DNA of 64,000 nucleotides from Candidatus Obscuribacteraceae bacterium. Lineage in GTDB: Bacteria > Cyanobacteriota > Vampirovibrionia > Obscuribacterales > Obscuribacteraceae. Numbering within the stretch: position 1 is the first letter of the stretch; every line of letters begins with the position of its first letter. Shown piece after piece: positions 38,470 through 46,204 of this stretch. A program made the translations under genes and the position numbers. Below the pieces are notes generated by a model. The model searched no databases. It was not told the origin of the DNA and worked only from the letters and a program-made list of their open reading frames with translations. The stretch lies in the NCBI GenBank assembly GCA_044226015.1, contig JBGAHS010000011.1:160001-224000 (forward strand). Reading direction: 5' to 3'.

Positions 38470-41307
38470 CTATTTTTTGTCTGCCGCCAGTGCTTCCGCG
38501 CAATAGTCACAGTATTCAGGATAGCTAGTATCCGCGCCTACTTTCTCGGAGAACTTCCAGCAGCGTCCGCATTTCACTCCATTTGCAGGAAGAACTACTA
38601 CACGCACACCTTCCTCAGATATGTCGGCAAGATATCCATTACCAGAGGCAAAGTCTTTTCCGTTTTCCAAGATTTCTGCCTGGGAGGTGATGAAGAACCC
38701 TGTCAAATTATCCTGAAGCGTTGACAACTTATCGACAAGCTCAGGGCTATCGACCTTCAGCTTCACCTGAGCTTGCAACGAGCTACCGATTTTGCCGGCA
38801 CCACGGGCGGTTTCAAGCGCTTTATTGACGACATAACGCACGCCAATTAAATCTTCCCAGAATGCGTCAAGCTCAGGCTTGTGATATTCCTTTTTGGCGT
38901 CAGGAAACTCTAGCAATAAAACACTGTCGGACTCTTCCTTCAGCGCAGCCGGAGTATGGGCAAAAATGTCCTCCGCCAGATGTGGTGTAACCGGAGCCAG
39001 CATGCAAGTGAGAGCCTTGAGCACTTCATAGAGTACAGTTTGAACGGCTCTTCGCTTAACAGATTTCTTCGACGCAGTGTAAAGAGTGTCTTTCACCACA
39101 TCAAAATAGAGTGCAGAAAGATCCACATTGCAGAAGTTATTCAAAACTTGATAGTACTTGAAGAACTCATAGCGATCAAAATCCTTCTGCAGGTTGACCA
39201 ATACTTCTTGCAAGCGATGCAAGATGTATTTATCTAGTGGTCCCAGTTCCTCGTAGCTCACGCAGTCTTTGGGATCAAATTCATGCAGATTGCCCAGCAA
39301 AAAGCGAACTGTATTTCTCAGCTTCTTATACACTTCAGCAAGCTGAGCCAACATATTTTTTCCGATAGGTATGTCATCGGTGTAATTAACAGATGCAACC
39401 CACAATCGAAGAACATCAACACCATACTGCTTGATCACGTCTTCGGGATCAACAACATTGCCAACAGATTTGGACATTTTGCGACCGCTTTCATCCACAA
39501 CGAAGCCATGGGTCAAAACGGTCTTGTATGGAGCACGATTGTGCACCGCTACGCTGGTCAGCAGAGAACTTTGGAACCACCCCCGGTGCTGGTCGCTGCC
39601 TTCCAGGTACATCTCACATGGAGTTCCACGAAGTTCTGGACGAACATCAAGAACGGCAGAATGTGTGGTTCCGGAATCAAACCAGACATCCATGATATCC
39701 ATTTCTTTGGTGAATTCAGTGCCACCATCAGGACATTTGTAGTCTTTTCCAAGGAAATAGGAAGGTTCATGCTCCCACCAGGCATCAGACCCTTCTTTTT
39801 CAAAAACATCTGCGACGCGGTTGATCACGTCTTCCAGTAGCAATGGCTTTCCGGTCTTCGTAGAATAGAAGACTGGAATTGGAACGCCCCAAGATCTTTG
39901 ACGGCTGATACACCAGTCAGAACGGTTTTCCACCATGTTATAGATGCGATTACGACCGCTAGGAGGCAACCACTCTACGGTATCGATTGCAGCAAGCGCC
40001 TGTTTTCTAAAACCATCAACAGAGGCAAACCATTGCTCAGTTGCTCTGAAGATCAGTGGCTTCTTACAGCGCCAACAATGAGGATAGCTGTGCGTAGTTT
40101 TTGAGTGATTTAGCAGCTTGCCAATCTCGGTGAGATGCTCGATTATCGGTTGATTAGCTTTATCGTAGCGTAATCCAGCAAACTGCCCACCTTCGTCGGT
40201 GAAAACACCACGACCATCAACTGGAGACACAACACCAATTTTGTACTTATTGCCGAGCAGGAAGTCCTCAGGACCGTGTCCTGGTGCTGTATGAACGCAA
40301 CCAGTACCGGTGTCAGCAGTAACGTGATCGCCCAACATGACTAAACTGGTTCTATCGATAAATGGATGAGTACATTCAATGAGATCCATGTTACGTCCAC
40401 GAACGCAGGCAAGTTCCTCGGCCTCAGATTCTTCAATTTTCGCTGCTGATAGCACTTCGCCCTTCAAAGACTCGCACATCACGAGCACACCATGTTCTTT
40501 TGTTTTCATGAACAAATAATTGAAATCAGGGTGAATCGCGACACCAAGATTCGCAGGAAGAGTCCATGGGGTCGTCGTCCAGATAACAAAACTGATCTCT
40601 TTCTCTGCCTGAACGGCTTCCGGCAATTTCTTCTTTTCGGAATCTTTCACTGCAAATTTGACAAACACCGCATCGGAAGTGTGGTCAGCATACTCAACCT
40701 CCGCCTCAGCAAGTGCTGTTTCGCAATTTGGACACCACGAGACAGGCTTCAGCCCCTTATATAGATAACCAGCAGCAGCCATCTTACCAAACACGCGAAT
40801 CTGCGCCGCTTCAAACTCGGGCGCCAATGTGATGTATGGGTGCTCCCAATCGCCCCAGACACCCAGCCGCTTGAAGTTAGCTTCCTGTCCTTTGAGATTG
40901 TTCAAAGCGAAATCTTTGCAGCGCTTGCGCAGCTCAATCACTGAGATTGAATGCCTGCCACCTTTAACATCTTTCAAGGCAGCATTTTCGATAGGCAAAC
41001 CGTGGCTGTCATAGCCGGGCACATAAGGAGAATAAAATCCGCGCATCGCCTTGTATTTAGTGACGATGTCTTTCAATATCTTATTTAGCGCAGTGCCGAT
41101 GTGAATTTTGCTAGCGCTCAAGTATGGAGGTCCATCGTGTAGTACGAATTTTGGGTTCGCTTCGCGCTTTTTCAAGTTTTTGAAGTAGACATCTTTGTCG
41201 AGCCACATCTTCTGAATTTCCGGCTCTCTCACAGTACTATTCGCCTTCATCGGGAATGAAGTCTGAGGCAGATTGACGGGTGGTTTCTCGCTTTTTTCAC
41301 TACTCAT
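38470..41307 (-). CDS. ileS: Isoleucine--tRNA ligase (type 1, C-terminal Zn finger)
   Basis: LHDGPPY, HIGT (HIGH variant), WTTTPWTLP, GTGCVHTAPGHG, DWCISRQR, EGSDQHRGWF, KMSKS and KCGRCW..CDYC. Confidence 0.97.
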   Translation of the reverse strand: MSSEKSEKPPVNLPQTSFPMKANSTVREPEIQKMWLDKDVYFKNLKKREANPKFVLHDGPPYLSASKIHIGTALNKILKDIVTKYKAMRGFYSPYVPGYDSHGLPIENAALKDVKGGRHSISVIELRKRCKDFALNNLKGQEANFKRLGVWGDWEHPYITLAPEFEAAQIRVFGKMAAAGYLYKGLKPVSWCPNCETALAEAEVEYADHTSDAVFVKFAVKDSEKKKLPEAVQAEKEISFVIWTTTPWTLPANLGVAIHPDFNYLFMKTKEHGVLVMCESLKGEVLSAAKIEESEAEELACVRGRNMDLIECTHPFIDRTSLVMLGDHVTADTGTGCVHTAPGHGPEDFLLGNKYKIGVVSPVDGRGVFTDEGGQFAGLRYDKANQPIIEHLTEIGKLLNHSKTTHSYPHCWRCKKPLIFRATEQWFASVDGFRKQALAAIDTVEWLPPSGRNRIYNMVENRSDWCISRQRSWGVPIPVFYSTKTGKPLLLEDVINRVADVFEKEGSDAWWEHEPSYFLGKDYKCPDGGTEFTKEMDIMDVWFDSGTTHSAVLDVRPELRGTPCEMYLEGSDQHRGWFQSSLLTSVAVHNRAPYKTVLTHGFVVDESGRKMSKSVGNVVDPEDVIKQYGVDVLRLWVASVNYTDDIPIGKNMLAQLAEVYKKLRNTVRFLLGNLHEFDPKDCVSYEELGPLDKYILHRLQEVLVNLQKDFDRYEFFKYYQVLNNFCNVDLSALYFDVVKDTLYTASKKSVKRRAVQTVLYEVLKALTCMLAPVTPHLAEDIFAHTPAALKEESDSVLLLEFPDAKKEYHKPELDAFWEDLIGVRYVVNKALETARGAGKIGSSLQAQVKLKVDSPELVDKLSTLQDNLTGFFITSQAEILENGKDFASGNGYLADISEEGVRVVVLPANGVKCGRCWKFSEKVGADTSYPEYCDYCAEALAADKK

Positions 41308-41346
41308 TGTGGTTTACCTTTCCAAAACGCAAAAGCGCCTAATAAC

Positions 41347-41371
41347 AAAAAATCCAGCGGCTAGCGCTGGA
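41347..41371 (-). terminator. Attenuator terminator in the ileS leader
   Basis: On -: TCCAGCG-CTAGC-CGCTGGA-TTTTTT, ending about 40 nt before the ileS ATG. Confidence 0.85.
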
Positions 41372-41401
41372 GCGAATTAGTTGAATTCCTCTCCAGCAAG
41401 T

Positions 41402-41440
41402 TCAATTACTAATAATGGCTATCGAAACAACTAAACGCAC
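41402..41440 (-). CDS. ileS leader peptide MRLVVSIAIISN (12 aa)
   Basis: GGAGGA-ATC-GTG CGT TTA GTT GTT TCG ATA GCC ATT ATT AGT AAT TGA. Three Ile codons at positions 7, 9 and 10. Confidence 0.8.
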   Translation of the reverse strand: MRLVVSIAIISN

Positions 41441-41477
41441 GATTCCTCCAGAGCAAGGCTCTGATATGAAGAGATTC

Positions 41478-41505
41478 CTTATATTGAAACCCATGCCCTT
41501 GTCAA
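41478..41505 (-). promoter_or_regulatory. Sigma70-type promoter for the ileS leader
   Basis: TTGACA (41505-41500), 16-nt spacer, TATAAG (41483-41478). Confidence 0.7.
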
Positions 41506-41857
41506 TATCAACTTATTAGCCCTGCATTTTTACACTTCGCTACGCCCGAAACTTAAAGCTCTTCTTTCCAGCCAACGGTTTTGCGACTTCACTCCTAGAC
41601 TTTTTGTTGGCAAGCGTCGGTTGAAGCACCATATTTGGTAGCAAATAACGGAAGCTGAACAAGCATTGGTCAGTTCGCTGACTGTGACTCTATGCCGAAT
41701 AGAGAGATTCGCCCAAAGCTTTGACTCAAGACTAGTCTGAGCGATTGAACCCCATTGCAGAAAACTTAGACATAGTGCAAGTTTCTGAGCGGGCAAGAGG
41801 GTAAAATTATCGGACAGGTTCTCCTGTATCATTCGTTCACTGAAAGGAAGCAAGAAC

Positions 41858-42673
41858 ATGAGTCTAGACCAGGTCAAGAAAGTAGCTCACAACGCCGCAG
41901 AATCAGCCGGGGCAATTCTGACCAGCAAGTTGGGGAAACTAAGCGGAATAGACTACAAAGGTGCCTTCAATCTCGTTACCGAGGCGGACAAGCAGTCTGA
42001 AGCCGAGGTGATTAGAATCATCAGAGAATCATTTCCCGATCATCAAATACTGGGCGAGGAATCAGGCGCCCACCAAAGTTCATCGAAATGCAGATGGATA
42101 ATAGACCCGCTAGATGGAACAACGAACTTTGCGCATAGTTATCCCTTTTTTGCTGTCTCTATTGGCTTTGAGGAAGATGGCAAAATGCAATATGGATTGG
42201 TGTATAACCCCGTTTCAAAAGAGTTGTTTCAAGCGCAACGAGGCTGTGGAGCATTTGTGGGTGAAACAAAATTACAGGTTTCGAAAGTTAGCAAATTATC
42301 CGAAAGCCTATTAGCAACAGGATTTCCCCCAGACACAGAAACAGCAAAATTCCCTAATATGAAGGAATTTCATACGCTTACGAATCTATGCCATGGAGTT
42401 CGCCGAGATGGATCAGCAGCACTTGATCTGTGTTTTGTGGCAGCAGGCAGAAGTGATGGATTCTGGGAATTCAAGCTCAGCCCGTGGGATCTCGCGGCAG
42501 GTACACTGATAATTGAGGAAGCCGGCGGCAAAGTCAGTTCACCCTGCGGTGGTCCCTTCGTATTGGATTCTGGGCATGTCCTGGCGTCTAACGGTCTTAT
42601 TCATGAGGAAATGATTCAAGTCCTTAACTCATGCCACAAGGACCTCGGAAATTCTCTAAGCTGCAAGGTCTAA
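41858..42673 (+). CDS. suhB: Inositol monophosphatase family protein
   Basis: LVTEAD, GEE, WIIDPLDGTTNF, GSAALDLC.VA.G and WDLAAG.LI.EEAGG. Confidence 0.93.
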   Translation: MSLDQVKKVAHNAAESAGAILTSKLGKLSGIDYKGAFNLVTEADKQSEAEVIRIIRESFPDHQILGEESGAHQSSSKCRWIIDPLDGTTNFAHSYPFFAVSIGFEEDGKMQYGLVYNPVSKELFQAQRGCGAFVGETKLQVSKVSKLSESLLATGFPPDTETAKFPNMKEFHTLTNLCHGVRRDGSAALDLCFVAAGRSDGFWEFKLSPWDLAAGTLIIEEAGGKVSSPCGGPFVLDSGHVLASNGLIHEEMIQVLNSCHKDLGNSLSCKV

Positions 42674-42733
42674 CAAAGCATTTCCAGCAACTCTGATGTT
42701 TCCTGGAGTCCATCGTAGGGTAACAATATAGTG

Positions 42734-43621
42734 ATGAACCCAAATGATATCGTTGATCCATCTTCCGGCTACAAGCTCGAAAGTCTTGTGGCTGAAGGCA
42801 CGCGTGGACGCGTTTATCGCGCGACTGACAAAAATGGTCAGAAAGTCGCCATCAAGTTTCTGCTTGAATCGGAATTTCCCGACAATGAGGTTGCTGATAA
42901 ACATATAAGTCATGAAGCCCGCTGCCTTACTCTGGGCGCACATGATGGCATTGTAAAACTCATCGAAACTGGTAGCAGCCCAAACGGAAGACCCTATCTC
43001 GTCATGGAATTTATAGACGGGCAAACTCTGAAAAGCCTGATAAGCAGCGAGCAAGACCCTCAGACTATCATCAGTATTTTCACAAAACTAACTCATCCCA
43101 TTGAGAATCTACATAAGGTAGGATTGATTCACCTCGATTTGCGTCCTGACAAAATAATGCTGGTGCAAACTGGCAAAGAGTTGACTCCGAAATTAATCGG
43201 GTTTGGACGAACGGGGCTTTTACCCTGGGCAGGACGCGAAGAGATTGTCGAACCACCAGGCAAAAATGGCTTGTATAGCTTGCAATACATAAGCCCAGAA
43301 CAGGCTATGGAGAAGCGATGTCTTGCAACGAGTGATATTTATTCGCTGGCTTGTGTCATGTTTGAAGCTTTCACAGGACAAGCTCCATTCAAAGGCGAAA
43401 ATGAACTTCACATGATGGCGCAACATTTGGGCTCGCAAGCAGCCCCTCTGCTTAGCTCTATCAAAGGGGAAAAATACAAGAAGTACGATGATTTGTTAGC
43501 TCAAGCATTAGCAAAAGAAGCTCATCGCAGATTCGTCGATTGTGCCGAACTCCGCGAAAACCTTCAAGGTTTTATACCTGAAAAAAGCGGCGGCTGGATG
43601 AGCAAGTTCTTCAAGAAATAA
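42734..43621 (+). CDS. Ser/Thr kinase-fold protein, probable pseudokinase
   Basis: VAIK, YLVMEF, YISPEQ and SDIYSL are present. The catalytic loop reads HLDLRPDK and DFG is replaced by GFG. Confidence 0.82.
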   Translation: MNPNDIVDPSSGYKLESLVAEGTRGRVYRATDKNGQKVAIKFLLESEFPDNEVADKHISHEARCLTLGAHDGIVKLIETGSSPNGRPYLVMEFIDGQTLKSLISSEQDPQTIISIFTKLTHPIENLHKVGLIHLDLRPDKIMLVQTGKELTPKLIGFGRTGLLPWAGREEIVEPPGKNGLYSLQYISPEQAMEKRCLATSDIYSLACVMFEAFTGQAPFKGENELHMMAQHLGSQAAPLLSSIKGEKYKKYDDLLAQALAKEAHRRFVDCAELRENLQGFIPEKSGGWMSKFFKK

Positions 43622-43698
43622 CCTGCAGAGTTGCGGCGACTTAAGGGAACCTATCAATCGCGCCTGAGTCTTCTAGCTCAACTCTTTGGAGATAAGTC

Positions 43699-43857
43699 AT
43701 GAATAGAGAAGAAGTTGAACGCGCCCATGTCGCGCAGTTGGCTTTACTTTTTCGCAGTCACGGCGAGACGAAACAAGTTAGACAAGCCGATGCCGAACTG
43801 AAATCGGAAATAGATTCCTCATTTACAAAAATTGCGGCAATAAAAGTTGCGGCTTAG
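43699..43857 (+). CDS. Small hypothetical protein (52 aa), below the ORF-track cutoff
   Basis: GGAG RBS 7 nt before ATG. MNREEVERAHVAQLALLFRSHGETKQVRQADAELKSEIDSSFTKIAAIKVAA. Fills the intergenic gap. Confidence 0.6.
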   Translation: MNREEVERAHVAQLALLFRSHGETKQVRQADAELKSEIDSSFTKIAAIKVAA

Positions 43858-43877
43858 GAATTGCTATAGACTGAATG

Positions 43878-46121
43878 CTATCCCTCGATGGCTTTTTTGG
43901 GACCACCCAGATGGGTATGGAACTGATTTATGATTCTCGTCCAGAGTTGTTCCATCACTACAGGATCAGGAACCATGTGGGTAAGACCCGAGAGCGGCAA
44001 AATCGAGAAATCTTTTCCCGCTCGAAACAGAGCGTCAGCTAATTCAAGTGAATGCTTGAAAAAAACATTGTCATCCGATGTTCCGTGCACTAACAAAAGC
44101 GGGCGACGAAGATCATTTACGTAAGTTAGAAGTGATGATTCTTTGTATGATTCTGGATTCTTCTCTGGCAACCCCAGATACCGCTCGGTGTAGCAAGAGT
44201 CGTAATCAAACCAATCTACTACTGGAGCACCAGCAACTCCAACTTTGAATACGTCGGGACGCCGCAGAACTGCAAGGGCCGACATATAGCCTCCGAAGGA
44301 CCAACCGGTAATACCAATTCGCTCACCGTCCATCTCAGTGTATTTAGCACAAAGTTGTTTTACGCCATCAACTTGATCATCCAAAGGTACAGAACCGAAG
44401 TGATTGCAAATGGCACGCTCCCACTCGCGTCCACGCCCAGGAGTTCCGCGTCCGTCGATAGATACGATTATGAATCCTTGATCTGCAAGCCACTGGTCAA
44501 GCAAGAAATTGCGCTTATTAGCAGTTACCTTGATTTTGTGAGGCCCACCGTACACGTCAACTATGACTGGATATTTCAGCTGAGGATTGAAATCCTGTGG
44601 GCGAACTATATTTGCTCGGTACTTGTGCTCACCAGCAAGTTCTACAAACTCGACCTTTACCGTTCCGGGTGGATTTTCTGCCACCTCCGGTAGTGCTCCT
44701 AATACAGCCCCGGCAGAACTCATGACGTTGGCTTTAGGCATTGCATCTACCGGGTTTTCATCGTGAATGAAGATCTGGTGATTTTTTGCAAACGCTGCAG
44801 CATGAATGCCTCTACCACTGGTGACTTGAACAGGCGTTTTTTCGCCATTCAAAGAAGTCTTGAACAAATGCAATTCAGTTGGATCCTTACTTGAAAGGAA
44901 AAAGACTTCAGAACTATCGGAGTTAGCATCAACAAAAGCACTGAATCCGAAATCTGGCTTCACTAAAACATTTTCCAGTGAACCATTACGACTACGCAAT
45001 TCGAGCTGGGCAGCACCTTCTCGTTCAGTCACCCAAAGAAATGAATTGCCCTTATTCACCCAGCTTGGCATTCCTTTTTGAATGTTCAACCATTTATCGT
45101 CATGCTCTTTTAAGAGTTCAGTGGTTTTTCCAGAAGCAGGGTCAATCTCAAGCAACTTAAGATCCTTTTGATCTCTCGTTAGAACAAGCATGGAAGGCGG
45201 CGAATTCTCTGACCATGTCAGATTCGCTAAATAAGGATAGGATTTTGAGTCCCAATCAATCCATTTCGTCTCGCCCCCTTGTGCAGATATCACTCCCAGG
45301 CGAACACTAACATTAGGTTTTCCAGGACGAGGATAAAACGCCGGAGTTGGCTTCTGCTCCGGATGCTGAGGGTCCGCGAGGTACCAGACCTCGACACCAT
45401 CTGCATTAGACTCTTGGTATACAATCTGGCTTGAATCAGGTGACCACCAATAGCCCGTAAACCGATCCATCTCTTCCTGTGCCACAAACTCTGCCAAAGC
45501 ATGAGTCAATGAGGCACTACCGCCCGTGGTGACACGTTGGGATGTCCCCGATGCAAGGTCAATCCAATACAAGTCATTGTCTTGCACATAGGAAACTTTT
45601 TTGGAATCTGGAGAGAATTTGGGATCGAGCACATCTTTATCACCAGTGTTGAGCTGAGTGATTTTTCCAGAAGTTCTATTGACGACATAGAGTTTTCCAG
45701 AGAGCGAAACCAGAATCAATGCGCTGTCGTCAGACAACTGGAAATCAGTAAAACCGCCAACACTTATACGTTGTCTTTCTCGTCGCGCTTTCTCTTCTGC
45801 AGACAAGTGCTCTTCGGCACCCTTGAGCACCGCTTCTGGTGTCAGAAGTTCCTTTGTCGTTTTAGTGTCTACATCAAAAATGTATAAGGCTTGCTTTGCT
45901 ATTCTCGCCTGGGCTCGCAAAAATAAAACGGATTTTCCGTCAGGACTCGGCTTTGCCTTTACCGGTCGTCCTAACATGAAACCTCTTGTCTCCGCATAGC
46001 TGCGCAGATACTGTCCGTCTAAATTAGCCACAGCCGTACTATTCTCCAATGCAAATGTAGGCGCGTTGCTCGATAAGAACATCGCGACCAAGCCAAGAAC
46101 TTGCCAACTCAACCTTTTCAT
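43878..46121 (-). CDS. S9 family dipeptidyl peptidase IV
   Basis: Signal peptide, AQEEMDR, YGGP, GWSFGG (Ser), HGTSDDNV (Asp) and GLTH (His). Confidence 0.94.
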   Translation of the reverse strand: MKRLSWQVLGLVAMFLSSNAPTFALENSTAVANLDGQYLRSYAETRGFMLGRPVKAKPSPDGKSVLFLRAQARIAKQALYIFDVDTKTTKELLTPEAVLKGAEEHLSAEEKARRERQRISVGGFTDFQLSDDSALILVSLSGKLYVVNRTSGKITQLNTGDKDVLDPKFSPDSKKVSYVQDNDLYWIDLASGTSQRVTTGGSASLTHALAEFVAQEEMDRFTGYWWSPDSSQIVYQESNADGVEVWYLADPQHPEQKPTPAFYPRPGKPNVSVRLGVISAQGGETKWIDWDSKSYPYLANLTWSENSPPSMLVLTRDQKDLKLLEIDPASGKTTELLKEHDDKWLNIQKGMPSWVNKGNSFLWVTEREGAAQLELRSRNGSLENVLVKPDFGFSAFVDANSDSSEVFFLSSKDPTELHLFKTSLNGEKTPVQVTSGRGIHAAAFAKNHQIFIHDENPVDAMPKANVMSSAGAVLGALPEVAENPPGTVKVEFVELAGEHKYRANIVRPQDFNPQLKYPVIVDVYGGPHKIKVTANKRNFLLDQWLADQGFIIVSIDGRGTPGRGREWERAICNHFGSVPLDDQVDGVKQLCAKYTEMDGERIGITGWSFGGYMSALAVLRRPDVFKVGVAGAPVVDWFDYDSCYTERYLGLPEKNPESYKESSLLTYVNDLRRPLLLVHGTSDDNVFFKHSLELADALFRAGKDFSILPLSGLTHMVPDPVVMEQLWTRIINQFHTHLGGPKKAIEG

Positions 46122-46156
46122 GACCCGACATTATATCATTTCAAGCTTATCGGCAT

Positions 46157-46190
46157 AGGAAAAGACAAGCCTAAAGGCTTGTCTTTCCTT
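46157..46190 (-). terminator. Intrinsic terminator after the ABC1/UbiB kinase
   Basis: AAAGACAAGCC-TAAA-GGCTTGTCTTT hairpin. Confidence 0.65.
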
Positions 46191-46204
46191 ATAACTCAAT
46201 AGGT

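Noticed and set aside
41308..41505. T-box riboswitch upstream of ileS
   Set aside because: No TGGNACCGCG T-box motif and the leader is short. The leader-peptide model explains the structure.
41530..41877. 115-aa minus-strand ORF and several small hairpins between ileS and suhB
   Set aside because: It overlaps the suhB start, has no RBS or motif, and the hairpins are short with no recognisable RNA family.
43622..43877. tmRNA, suggested by the ...VAA-stop ending
   Set aside because: No tRNA-like GGGG 5' end or T-arm/CCA 3' end, and the ORF has its own RBS and ATG.
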